Positions 50,877 through 60,932 of a DNA stretch of 64,000 nt are shown here, piece after piece. How positions within the stretch are numbered: position 1 is the first letter of the stretch; every line of letters begins with the position of its first letter. A model generated the notes under the pieces. It had not been told where the DNA came from, ran no database searches, and saw only the letters and a list, made by a program, of their open reading frames with translations. The DNA comes from Schizochytrium sp. TIO01 (lineage: Eukaryota > Protista > Bigyra: Labyrinthulomycetes). A program made the position numbers and the translations under genes. The DNA lies in the NCBI GenBank assembly GCA_004764695.1, contig SMSO01000032.1, forward strand, positions 5,798,483-5,862,482. Direction: 5' to 3'.

Positions 50877-52508
50877 TTAGTTTGGTGAAATATATTTTTG
50901 AACGTCGACCACATTTACAAAACGCTTTGTTACTGTCTTAGGACAGGTTTTATAGAAGTCGCATTTCCGTTTAAGTTTAGGAGTAAAGTTCATCTCGACG
51001 TATCGACAAGACGATGTCGCTAGACATTTCTGAACACATTCGTCTAGGGTAAGAATGTCACGAGTTGACTGGCTTCTCATAGTGGAACCAACCTTTGATT
51101 TTTTACCAGCACATGCTTCTCCACCACCCATGCTATCATAAGTTTGTGTGAGGTTTTGGAAGGGTCTCGATGATGTTCTATAGAACGTCAAATTATACAG
51201 TTCGGTACCAATGTCGAGTAAAGTCTCGCCCCATACTTTGATAAATTTGTCTTGCATTGTAGTGTCTGTGAAAATGGGTTTAAATCCTTCTACGATTGCA
51301 TTATTGAAATTGCCAACGTACCAGTCTTGGGTAGGTCGATTGATAACTTCTTCATTATCAAAATACTGTCCTCTCGATTGAGCAATTGTAATATTAGGCA
51401 TACCAATTCTATTTGTAAATGATGATCCCAAGCAGAAACAATCTTCTTTCCTAGGTACGTATTGATGTGCACGTGATGGTGCTGCACCAATTCCTCGTAA
51501 GCTAAGTATTTCTCCTATGGCATATTTCCCAAAGATACTTTCGTAAGGTGTTAGACCTCGCGCTTCGTAATCCCACATTTTTAGAAACTCTCCACCGCGC
51601 AGGCTCTTGGCGTTCTCGATATCAGAACGTTTAAGATTGGGATTATTAAATAGTTTCTTTAAAGATGTTTCCCACCCAACACCAACATCGCATCGATTTC
51701 CAACGCTACCTTGAGAGTGAAAATTAAAAGTCCACCCGTAGCCAAACCTAGAAGCGATTAAATTTTTAGCTTCTCGTACAAATCCAAGAACATCATGATA
51801 ACTTGCAATGACCTCGGGGCTTGGATTTAATAAGCCGGCCTTTCGAATCGTTCCGCGCGGTTTCAACCAGTGGGATGGACCAGGGTGGCGGTTGAGGTCG
51901 GCGTACATTTTGGGAATGCTTGTATACACAACATGTGGTCGAAACGAGTTATCTGACGCATTGGCCATGTAATCTCCAATACTCTCACACGCAAACCCGG
52001 ACTCGTCTCCAAGTGGAAGTTTAGGTGCCGATCTTTTCGGAAGCCCGTTCAGAACTTTCTTAGAAATCTCTGCATTTGTTAGCGTATCAAAATCTTCGTC
52101 GGGTATTCCCTGGAGATTCTTCAAAGCTTCTAAAGTTTTACAATTCCCTCCGCTACAGGCGCGACGGGATAAAGGCCAGTTTTTCATAAAGGGACGCCAC
52201 CCCAATGTTTCTGTGTGAATGCAGAATAGAAGAAAAGGAGCGTTACCAACTTTATACCACACAAGCGGGTTGCCTTCTTTAATAACACGGCCTGGAATGA
52301 TAGTTCCTGGTGTAGCATTCGCTGCAATAACCGTGGACGCTTCCCCGACATCATTTGCTGCTCGGCTATAGTTTAAGAAAACGCCGTTCGATTCAAAGCT
52401 TTCTGGAAGACCAGAGAATGGATCGTTGCCTGTAGTTGCTATGCCATCAGCGTTTGCCCATAGGATGCATGTAAATAATACCAGTGAATGGCTAAGAAAG
52501 TTCCACAT
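50877..52508 (-). CDS. secreted N-formylglutamate amidohydrolase-like protein with C-terminal PAN domain
   Basis: Signal peptide; PHVVY...YADLNR...YHDVL...FNFHSQG; LDECVQKCLATSSCRYVE...CDFY. Confidence 0.5.
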   Translation of the reverse strand: MWNFLSHSLVLFTCILWANADGIATTGNDPFSGLPESFESNGVFLNYSRAANDVGEASTVIAANATPGTIIPGRVIKEGNPLVWYKVGNAPFLLFCIHTETLGWRPFMKNWPLSRRACSGGNCKTLEALKNLQGIPDEDFDTLTNAEISKKVLNGLPKRSAPKLPLGDESGFACESIGDYMANASDNSFRPHVVYTSIPKMYADLNRHPGPSHWLKPRGTIRKAGLLNPSPEVIASYHDVLGFVREAKNLIASRFGYGWTFNFHSQGSVGNRCDVGVGWETSLKKLFNNPNLKRSDIENAKSLRGGEFLKMWDYEARGLTPYESIFGKYAIGEILSLRGIGAAPSRAHQYVPRKEDCFCLGSSFTNRIGMPNITIAQSRGQYFDNEEVINRPTQDWYVGNFNNAIVEGFKPIFTDTTMQDKFIKVWGETLLDIGTELYNLTFYRTSSRPFQNLTQTYDSMGGGEACAGKKSKVGSTMRSQSTRDILTLDECVQKCLATSSCRYVEMNFTPKLKRKCDFYKTCPKTVTKRFVNVVDVQKYISPN

Positions 52509-52613
52509 TCTGTTCTGTTGTTCTAGAAGCTTTTCGAAAGTGTCATATATTGAGTATGTTCCATAAATGTATATCTAATTTACCAAAGAGATAGAAGGAA
52601 GTTGCCTGTGATC

Positions 52614-53672
52614 ATGCGTGTAAGTTATCACCAGGCTTGTTTGATCGGAGGAACGTTGCTACTATGTTCCCTTTTTGGTATAACTCGTGCCACATTATAT
52701 ACAATGCCTTCTTCTTGTGTTTCATCTGGTTCTACTGCAAGAATCAATGGTAATACTGTAGATATAATGACTTGTTTGCTGGACGACTCTTACCCTTCAA
52801 CATGTGCTGTTGAAATGCCAGATTACGATGCATATTCAAGCTCAATCCAGAAGCAAATCAATAAAGGTAGATGTACAACGGAAGTAGATGTAAATTTCCC
52901 GAGTGGGTATGATGATGTATATCAAGGATGTTGGGCACTATGTCTTACAAATACAGCAATTGAATGTCAATCTGTTTTGGTTATCACAGATGGGTCTAAT
53001 GAAGGAAAATGTAGGTTAATGACATGTACGGATCCTACGGATTCTAGCTCAGGGGATCCTTTGAGTATTGCCTCTAGTCAAACTTACGCTGATTTTAGAA
53101 CGTTTTGGATCGCTGATAGAACACAATGTTTGTATGATATGGAGCATACCAGTGCGCCCACGATGCCCCCTTCCACCGCCCCTACCTACGAACCGGGAAC
53201 TGAGACTGGAATCCTGGCGTCCTCATTTGGTAACGCCATGTCAGGTGCGTCCCTAGGAACGGCTTATGTATTGATGCGTTTAGAGGATAGATCATTGGAT
53301 GATTGTGCCACAACCTGTGCTGCAATGAGCACATGTAAGGCTATCAGCTTCGACGCCTCCTCTACGGGCGTTTGTTACATTCACAGTGGGTTTGCAGAAA
53401 GTTTATTGCAGAGTGACAGCTCCTATGTAACATATGAATATACCGGAGGGAGTAGTACCATCACGACTTCGGCACCAACATCAGATTCGACCGATGTTAC
53501 CAATAGCAGTAGTAGTATAAACTCTTCAACTACGATCATTATCATTGTGATCGTTGTGATTGCTTTAATCGCCATAGGACTTGGTGTATACTTGATTGCA
53601 AGTAGCCATAGTTGCTCATGCTTGAACGGTGTTGGTTCAAACGAAGCTGATGTTAAGGTAAGATTAGTATAA
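52614..53672 (+). CDS. type I membrane glycoprotein with two PAN/apple-like domains (probable paralog of 2888-3751)
   Basis: GCWALCL...ECQSV...KCRLMTC and DDCATTCAAMSTCKAISF...CYIH; P/T stalks; TM. Confidence 0.7.
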   Translation: MRVSYHQACLIGGTLLLCSLFGITRATLYTMPSSCVSSGSTARINGNTVDIMTCLLDDSYPSTCAVEMPDYDAYSSSIQKQINKGRCTTEVDVNFPSGYDDVYQGCWALCLTNTAIECQSVLVITDGSNEGKCRLMTCTDPTDSSSGDPLSIASSQTYADFRTFWIADRTQCLYDMEHTSAPTMPPSTAPTYEPGTETGILASSFGNAMSGASLGTAYVLMRLEDRSLDDCATTCAAMSTCKAISFDASSTGVCYIHSGFAESLLQSDSSYVTYEYTGGSSTITTSAPTSDSTDVTNSSSSINSSTTIIIIVIVVIALIAIGLGVYLIASSHSCSCLNGVGSNEADVKVRLV

Positions 53673-53719
53673 TCGCAAGAACGTATATTGATTCAATATT
53701 GCACTAATTACAAGAAAAG

Positions 53720-55486
53720 ATGAGTGAGGAGAGTGAGTCATTCTTTGATAACCCCCAAATCCAACCTTCTGGAAAACGCAAGCGGATTATCCTAGTTATC
53801 ATTACTCTAGTTGTTGTACTAGCAGTTACACTAAGTGTTGTTGTAGTTCAAACGTCTCGTTCTGACTCTGAACAAAACTCCGGTAGTGGTGGTAGTCCTA
53901 TTTCGTCACCAACACCTTGGCCTACTTCACTAGTCACTGGATATCCAACAGCGGCACCTACAGTTCAACCCACATCACCATGCCAATATGGGCTAAAGCC
54001 AAATGTTGTCATTATATTGGCTGATGACCAGGGCTTCGGTGATCGCCAAAGATATAACAGTGATATTCTTGATATGCCCAATATCGAGAAACTTGCTGCA
54101 GGTGGCGTCGATTTCAATGATGGACATTCTGAATCAGGTGTCTGTTCGCCAAGTCGATATTCGATTCTTACTGGCGAATACTACTTTCGTGCACATTCCA
54201 GTGGTAGTGCTCTTGGCGCAGCAGCGACTCCTCTTATTACAGAGACAACCTACACAATCCCGCGAATGCTAAAGGATGCAGGGTATAAATCTTACATGAG
54301 TGGAAAGTGGCACATTGGTATGGATATGCCTAGCGACCTTGCCACTGGAGAGATTTATGGTGGACCCATTGAAGCTGGTTTTGATCGATATTTTGGCCTC
54401 CCTGCTTCCCTCAACTACGGCTATTTATCTTACATTCACAACAATACTTTTTCAAAGGTACCTACACATCGAACTGATAAATCGTCAAGCGGATCTACTG
54501 CTATTACAAGCTGTCCCTCCGGAAATAGCGACTGTCAGACCTACGGATTCATGACTTGTTCAGAAAGTGATTGTTCAGCTCTAGGCTGGTATGGTGGGTC
54601 TGGTAAATCGGGATGGTCTATCACTATTGCGCCAGATCTTGACATTCACTGGGTGATGCGCAACTACACTCATGCTGGATTGGGATTTATTGATGATCAT
54701 ATTGGTAACTATGGTACAGAAACACCTTTCTATCTTCATCTAACCCTTAACTCACCACATTTACCTCACGTCCCACACCCTGACTTTGCAAACAAAAACA
54801 AAGCACTCTATGGTGCTTACGCTGACTTCCTCGAGGAAACTGACTATCGTGTAGGTGAAGTTGTCGATAAGCTAGAGGAGCATGGTATTTTAAATAATAC
54901 ACTACTGATTTACACGAGTGATAATGGTCCGGAAGGAGCCAGCAAATTCCAAAAGACGGGCCTTGACTCCACAAACGGGTTTCTTGGACAGAAAAGAACA
55001 ATCAAGGAGGGAGGAAATCGTGTCCCTTTTATTGCACATTGGCCCGATGGAATTCCTGCCGGGAAACAGTTCGACCATTATGTGAGTCAAACTGATCTAA
55101 TCGCCACTCTTGCTGAGATTACAGGTGTATCGATCCCTTCTGGCAGTGCACCCGATAGTTTCAGTTTTTGGAAAGCGATGTGCGACCCGGAGGGGACCGG
55201 ACCCATGGACATCCGTGAGAAACAACCCATGATTAATGAGGTTCCAATTGGTAATAATGGTGGTAAGATCCCCCAAAGTATTCGATGTGGTCATTTCAAA
55301 GTGTATAATGATCATGGATCATGGAAATTATTCAACATGACAGCCGATCCATTAGAGTCTACAACTCTCCATAAAAAGGAAACTAAAATATTTTCAGAGC
55401 TTCAGACATTATTGTATCATATTGTGCAAACGAGTCCCAAGCAACATGATTCCACAACTGCTGTCTGTGATAAATTTCTAATTTAA
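53720..55486 (+). CDS. arylsulfatase (formylglycine-dependent), type II membrane-anchored
   Basis: ILADDQG, CSPSRYSILTG, GKWHIG, SPHLPH, SDNG; N-terminal TM plus P/T stalk. Confidence 0.95.
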   Translation: MSEESESFFDNPQIQPSGKRKRIILVIITLVVVLAVTLSVVVVQTSRSDSEQNSGSGGSPISSPTPWPTSLVTGYPTAAPTVQPTSPCQYGLKPNVVIILADDQGFGDRQRYNSDILDMPNIEKLAAGGVDFNDGHSESGVCSPSRYSILTGEYYFRAHSSGSALGAAATPLITETTYTIPRMLKDAGYKSYMSGKWHIGMDMPSDLATGEIYGGPIEAGFDRYFGLPASLNYGYLSYIHNNTFSKVPTHRTDKSSSGSTAITSCPSGNSDCQTYGFMTCSESDCSALGWYGGSGKSGWSITIAPDLDIHWVMRNYTHAGLGFIDDHIGNYGTETPFYLHLTLNSPHLPHVPHPDFANKNKALYGAYADFLEETDYRVGEVVDKLEEHGILNNTLLIYTSDNGPEGASKFQKTGLDSTNGFLGQKRTIKEGGNRVPFIAHWPDGIPAGKQFDHYVSQTDLIATLAEITGVSIPSGSAPDSFSFWKAMCDPEGTGPMDIREKQPMINEVPIGNNGGKIPQSIRCGHFKVYNDHGSWKLFNMTADPLESTTLHKKETKIFSELQTLLYHIVQTSPKQHDSTTAVCDKFLI

Positions 55487-55533
55487 TTCATAAATATTAT
55501 ACTATATGTTGAAGTATACTCGATGATAGTAAA

Positions 55534-57315
55534 ATGTATCACCTTTCCCCAACGGAACGTCACCACCATCCAGCGCCTGCTCTTGGAACCAGGGTGTCAG
55601 GTCTACTGCGAAAGCATAAGGTTGTCCTAGGTGTCTTGGTGTTCGTTGTTCTTGTTGTAGTATTGACCACGAGTATTGTTGTAGGTACAAATGGTAATGA
55701 TAATTCTGGTTCAGCTAGCAGTGGCACTAAAACGCCATCCCCAACTGGCGTTCCTACAATTTATCACCCACCCACAACAGCACCAACGGTGAAACCTACC
55801 ACGCTTTGTAGCGCTGGGCTAAAACCTAACATCATAACAATCTTAAGTGATGATCAAGGATATGGTGATCGACAGCGTTACAATGGGCACATTTTGGACA
55901 TGCCAAATCTTGAAAGGTTGTCTAGTAATGGTATGGAGTTCATGGATGGTCACTCCATGTCAGGAGTCTGTTCCCCTAGCCGGTATGCATTACTCACAGG
56001 ACAATATGCATTTCGTAAGTGGAGGGGTGGTGGTGCATTGGGTGCGGCTGCCTCACCCAAAATCACCGAGACTACGTACACTATACCACGATTGTTAAAA
56101 AATGCTGGATACAAGTCCTACATGAGTGGTAAATGGCATATTGGTATGGATATGCCATCTGACCTTGAGACAGGAGAGATTTACGGTGGACCCATAGATG
56201 CTGGTTTTGATCGTTTTTTTGGTATTCCGGCTTCACTAGACTACGGCTGGCTTTCATACATTCATAATAAAACTTTTTCTGTACCCCCTACTTACAGAAC
56301 AGATAGATCAACGAGTAGTGCGTATCGGATTCAAAGTTGTCCCACCACAGTTGATGGATGCTCCACCTGGGGTATGAAATATTGTAGTAATGCTAAAATG
56401 CGGCAGACCTATACATGTTCTTCACTGGGGTGGTACTGGAAGGAAGGGATTAGTGGTGGAGAGAGAATCGCTCCTGACTTCGATCTTCATTGGATTCTTA
56501 GAAATATTACACATGCAGGTCTTGGGTTTATTGATGATCACATCGGAAATTATGGAAAGGATACTCCGTTTTACCTACATATGACACTCAACTCACCACA
56601 CCTACCTCATGTTCCACACCCAGATTTTGCAGGAAAAAATAAAGCATCATATGGTGCTTACGCAGATTTTCTCGAAGAAACAGACTATAGAGTAGGCGAA
56701 GTCTTAGATAAGCTTGAGGAACATGGAATTCTTAATAACACATTACTAATCTACACCAGCGACAATGGACCTGAGGGTAAAAGTAAATTTGTAAATACAG
56801 GTCTTGATTCCACGGCGAATTATAAAGGAGACAAACGTTCATTGTACGAAGGAGGGAACCGAGTCCCCTTTCTAGTGCACTGGCCAGATGTCATTGCGCC
56901 TGGTACAGAATCAAGTTTCTATGTAAGCCAAGTTGATCTACTTGCAACCTTTGCTGACATGCTCGGCCTAGAAAAGCCATCCGACGAAGCGAAGGATAGC
57001 TTTAGTTTTTGGAAGGGAATTTGTGATGCGGATGGTGCTACTTTTGACGATATAAGAGATAAACAACCTATGATCAACGAAAAACCTAATAAGGGTATAC
57101 TACCGTATAGTATCCGTTGCGGTCATTTCAAGTTGTACGAATACTCTAGTTGGTTTCTCTATAATATCACAGCGGATCCTTACGAGACAACAAATCTAGT
57201 CAAAACAGAGAGTAAAATTTTTGAAGATCTAAAGACTCTACTATATTATATTACAACAAAGAGTCCCGAAGAACACGATTCGTCAACTGCAATTTGTGAC
57301 CAATACTTATACTAA
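55534..57315 (+). CDS. arylsulfatase paralog, type II membrane-anchored
   Basis: ILSDDQG, CSPSRYALLTG, GKWHIG, SDNG; tandem duplicate of upstream gene. Confidence 0.95.
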   Translation: MYHLSPTERHHHPAPALGTRVSGLLRKHKVVLGVLVFVVLVVVLTTSIVVGTNGNDNSGSASSGTKTPSPTGVPTIYHPPTTAPTVKPTTLCSAGLKPNIITILSDDQGYGDRQRYNGHILDMPNLERLSSNGMEFMDGHSMSGVCSPSRYALLTGQYAFRKWRGGGALGAAASPKITETTYTIPRLLKNAGYKSYMSGKWHIGMDMPSDLETGEIYGGPIDAGFDRFFGIPASLDYGWLSYIHNKTFSVPPTYRTDRSTSSAYRIQSCPTTVDGCSTWGMKYCSNAKMRQTYTCSSLGWYWKEGISGGERIAPDFDLHWILRNITHAGLGFIDDHIGNYGKDTPFYLHMTLNSPHLPHVPHPDFAGKNKASYGAYADFLEETDYRVGEVLDKLEEHGILNNTLLIYTSDNGPEGKSKFVNTGLDSTANYKGDKRSLYEGGNRVPFLVHWPDVIAPGTESSFYVSQVDLLATFADMLGLEKPSDEAKDSFSFWKGICDADGATFDDIRDKQPMINEKPNKGILPYSIRCGHFKLYEYSSWFLYNITADPYETTNLVKTESKIFEDLKTLLYYITTKSPEEHDSSTAICDQYLY

Positions 57316-57323
57316 TTTATAAT

Positions 57324-57590
57324 TTATTCTTCATAATTAATATCATCATTATCGATACACTGTTCAAACGAGTCGTCTTCACTTGAATAATCTAATTCGT
57401 CATAATAATGAAAAGGGTCTTTTTGCAGTAGAGATGATACCATGGAACGGTATTCATCAGCATCTCTGGTCGGAGCATTACATTCCCCTACACTGATGAG
57501 TAAGTGCATCGATGACTCGATCGATTGCCAACAGCACTCGTCAAACTCGAAGCGCTTGAAAGTCGTCCATAGGTGATCAAGTTCACTCAT
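57324..57590 (-). CDS. small acidic hypothetical protein
   Basis: 88-aa ATG ORF. Confidence 0.55.
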   Translation of the reverse strand: MSELDHLWTTFKRFEFDECCWQSIESSMHLLISVGECNAPTRDADEYRSMVSSLLQKDPFHYYDELDYSSEDDSFEQCIDNDDINYEE

Positions 57591-57677
57591 TGTGTAATGT
57601 AGTTTGCAGAAAAAAATGTTTTAGCAAAACCCTAATAGGTTTACCACTCTGCAGATCATATATTGATTAGTGTGAAG

Positions 57678-58955
57678 ATGCGAGGGCCTTCCATGTTTTT
57701 CTATGCTGTGGGTATTTACTTACTATTTACCTTTTTTTTCTTTTGGAAGTTGTTTTATCAAACAAATTATTGTGAACAGAGTATTCAATCTAAACCATCG
57801 GTTCACGGGACCCCACCATTTTTACACAACAAGATACTGATACGCAATAGAACAATAAGACCCCTCGATGAAAACCGTGAAAAAATATTTTTTATTAGAA
57901 TACAAAAGACCGGATCTAAGAGCCTAGAGTATTCCTTAAGACGGAATATTCACTTTCTTTCCGGTGTGTGTGGATCAAAGTTTAATAACAAACATAAATG
58001 GTTAGGTGCACATACTGCCACGTGTGTTGAACATGGCTTGGAAGTGGTCCGTAGTGATGTTAAATGTTTGACTGCCCATCATTGTGACTTCGTTAGTGCT
58101 AAAAAGGCATCTATGGAAAGTGGTACGAAAACGAGGTACGTGGCGTTGATTCGTCATCCTGTTGCGCGAACACTGAGTGAAGCACGTGTTGGTTGTGGAT
58201 CAGTTTATCACAAGAATGCTCGAAAGAGGAAAGTGACCAACCGTGGTACTAATAATAGTCCACGTGCGTGGGATTATGCATATGATAGACTCTCGGTGGA
58301 CCATCCTGTTCTCGATTGTGGAGACGATGATTTCATGGTTCATTTTATTACAAGACCAGAGCATTCTAAAGGGATGGTCATGAGACAAACAAAAATGTTG
58401 ACAGGATGGAACGTGCCCAGTAACATGAATCAGTCCATCGAGAATTATACGTTCCATGCAATGAAGTCGCTAGACAATGAGGAGCGAAACCATGCTGCGA
58501 ATATTGCTATTAGAGTCATAGATTCTGAGTTGGACATAGTCATGGTCACCGAGCTATACCAGCTCTCCATAGCAGTTCTCCATCGCCAATTGGGATACGG
58601 CATTCCATCATACTACGAAGAAGTACGTGAAAGAAATGAAGAGGGGAGTATTCGATTTGGAAAGAAATCTAAGTCATGGAAAGTTGCAGAGTATATGAAT
58701 CGAGAAGAACTTTTGGTGTATAAAGCTGCTATAATACGACTCGTAAGTGACGCTATTCAGTTGAAGCTGACCCCCTCTCAAGAGGAGGTAAAATACATAT
58801 TATCACAAGTTCCTTCTCGGCTCGTGCCAGATGAGTGGACGAGACGGCGTGCGCCCAGTTACCGCTACATGTGTAGGATGCACCCTAAACGTACCTATAA
58901 CAGACTAGGGTATTATGTTGACCGCATTTGCACTTTACATACACCGGTTGTGTAA
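57678..58955 (+). CDS. Golgi-type carbohydrate sulfotransferase (HS6ST/Sulfotransfer_2-like)
   Basis: N-terminal TM; 5'-PSB loop FFIRIQKTGSKS; 3'-PB LIRHPVARTLSE. Confidence 0.85.
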   Translation: MRGPSMFFYAVGIYLLFTFFFFWKLFYQTNYCEQSIQSKPSVHGTPPFLHNKILIRNRTIRPLDENREKIFFIRIQKTGSKSLEYSLRRNIHFLSGVCGSKFNNKHKWLGAHTATCVEHGLEVVRSDVKCLTAHHCDFVSAKKASMESGTKTRYVALIRHPVARTLSEARVGCGSVYHKNARKRKVTNRGTNNSPRAWDYAYDRLSVDHPVLDCGDDDFMVHFITRPEHSKGMVMRQTKMLTGWNVPSNMNQSIENYTFHAMKSLDNEERNHAANIAIRVIDSELDIVMVTELYQLSIAVLHRQLGYGIPSYYEEVRERNEEGSIRFGKKSKSWKVAEYMNREELLVYKAAIIRLVSDAIQLKLTPSQEEVKYILSQVPSRLVPDEWTRRRAPSYRYMCRMHPKRTYNRLGYYVDRICTLHTPVV

Positions 58956-59027
58956 TAATAAATATGCTTCCCCTTCACAAGTTCCTCCAGTACTATTTTT
59001 TTCTAATAATTTAATTAAAAAAATGAT

Positions 59028-59858
59028 TTATTGATTAAGCTTCTTACGGCGACCATTCCGGGCTCGTTGCCAGTGAACCGTTTGACCTTTGCTTATAACA
59101 GATATGGTGTCGGGTCCAATCAATGTAAAGTTTTCCTTGTGGGCTTTCGAATCCTTAAAGCATTCGAAGCAAAATTTAAGAGGCACTGTAAAAGTCTTAG
59201 TGATGGGGTTCATATGAAGTTGACAAGCAGAACAAATTTGACACGTTTTACCGATTTTGCCATGACTGCAGCACGCTTTTTCTTTGCCCGATGGTGTGCA
59301 CCTGTAGTACTCTGATTTAGGTCTACCAGCGACACTCTCATCACTTCGTGACCGCTTGAATATACTTGTCCCGTTGAGACATGCAATCTCTTCATCATCA
59401 CCTCTCTTGCGTTTTTCGCGACCTTGGATGATTGAGTTCTCTTGCTGACGAGCTTTACGCTCAGTAACAAGCTCGTTGTAAAGTTTACGTGCCTCCTGTG
59501 TGTTGAAAGTACTGGAGTATATATGCTTCCAAAGTCGCTGTGGAGTGGTTTTTGATTCCTTTATGAAGTCCACCATTTTCGTGTTCGGATCTTCGATCGT
59601 CTTGTGTAGAAACACCCAAGCTATTCTCCACGAGTCATCCTCATTCAGAAGACCTGTTTCGAGCTCTTTCATGTAATCAGCACTGTCTGGTCTGAACATG
59701 CGCCAATGTTTGATCCACCAGTAGACAAAATGGGCGATTGTGAAACCATTATCTATACAAAACTTGATTGATTCATCGGGACTTAAAACTTTATCAGGGT
59801 AGGGAGGTAGCTGCGCATAAGCTTCCCTTATCGTATTGATATCGGGTACAGATGTCAT
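59028..59858 (-). CDS. hypothetical protein with C-terminal Cys cluster and NLS
   Basis: 276-aa ORF; CAGCAAACCCCAA upstream at 59906-59918. Confidence 0.65.
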   Translation of the reverse strand: MTSVPDINTIREAYAQLPPYPDKVLSPDESIKFCIDNGFTIAHFVYWWIKHWRMFRPDSADYMKELETGLLNEDDSWRIAWVFLHKTIEDPNTKMVDFIKESKTTPQRLWKHIYSSTFNTQEARKLYNELVTERKARQQENSIIQGREKRKRGDDEEIACLNGTSIFKRSRSDESVAGRPKSEYYRCTPSGKEKACCSHGKIGKTCQICSACQLHMNPITKTFTVPLKFCFECFKDSKAHKENFTLIGPDTISVISKGQTVHWQRARNGRRKKLNQ

Positions 59859-59975
59859 GGTTTATGATTGTGTAGTAGTCGTGTTTTGCTGTGTGATTTA
59901 TATGTTTGGGGTTTGCTGGTATGTGATTTGATTTTTTATATGACTAATTAAAAGTAAATATTGTGATAAATAAAT

Positions 59976-60155
59976 ATGAAATCACTTGTTCTTTTTAGTT
60001 CGTTATTACTATTATGTATTACCTTAGTGTCTGGTGAGAGAAACTTTATCATTGAAGGAGATATGATAATTACTGAAACACAATTACGTTCCACTTACGG
60101 TGATGAAATTGCTGAGAAAATTATTAATAGTAATCGCACAACCATACTACCATAA
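59976..60155 (+). CDS. 59-aa secreted peptide resembling an astacin propeptide (IEGDM)
   Basis: Manual translation MKSLVLFSSLLLLCITLVSG-ERNFIIEGDMIITETQLRSTYGDEIAEKIINSNRTTILP; below the ORF-track cutoff. Confidence 0.65.
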   Translation: MKSLVLFSSLLLLCITLVSGERNFIIEGDMIITETQLRSTYGDEIAEKIINSNRTTILP

Positions 60156-60272
60156 AAAATAAAATTTTAAATATTATTAATTTAAAGTAAAATTTATTAT
60201 TTACTCTTGTTTAAAAATAATTGATAAAAAGATGTATGAAAAATAAATTAAATTAACAAAAATGTTTTAATA

Positions 60273-60920
60273 ATGAAACATCTTGCTAGTACTTTAATCT
60301 GTGCTCTTGTTGGGTCATATAATTGTCAACATTTTTATAATGACGTTTTTATTGTAGGTACAGAGTCATCGGGGACAAGGTTTATTTCACGCGAGGTTCA
60401 CCGCTACTTAAATCAGGATAGCGTTGTCGACACAAGTCGATGGGATGGAGAGCGCCCAGCATGTATTGAAACTGACATAAGAATTCACCATGTTTCTCTG
60501 CCGTGGGCTGGTTCTTGTCAAAAAGATATAGTTACTCTACCAGATGTAAACATGTGCAAACAGAGCCAACTCCGCGGAAAAGGAAGGTGGTTCTTAAATG
60601 TAACTAATATGATGCAACTGCGCCCGCGAGCTATCGTAATTATCATTCATAGGGATAGAGAGTTTTCTATTCGATCCATTAAAAAACATCATTGTGGAAA
60701 GAAATTCCATAACACCTATCTTCTTCCAGAATACGAATATGCTAAGAACATTCTTGCAGAAATACCGCGCGGCCCGCGAGTCATTGATATCCGATATGAA
60801 TCGCTGTCCGAAACTTCCAGTTGGATTCGGCTTTTTGAATTTCTCCGCCAGACAATCCGTCCAAACAAGAACTTAACCATAGCTATTCCTACTTTTAAGA
60901 ATGGTAATATACCTATGTAA
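60273..60920 (+). CDS. sulfotransferase-fold protein (Sulfotransfer_3-like), secreted
   Basis: VFIVGTESSGTRF PSB loop, IIIHRD, IRYESL. Confidence 0.7.
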   Translation: MKHLASTLICALVGSYNCQHFYNDVFIVGTESSGTRFISREVHRYLNQDSVVDTSRWDGERPACIETDIRIHHVSLPWAGSCQKDIVTLPDVNMCKQSQLRGKGRWFLNVTNMMQLRPRAIVIIIHRDREFSIRSIKKHHCGKKFHNTYLLPEYEYAKNILAEIPRGPRVIDIRYESLSETSSWIRLFEFLRQTIRPNKNLTIAIPTFKNGNIPM

Positions 60921-60932
60921 AAACTCTATCAA

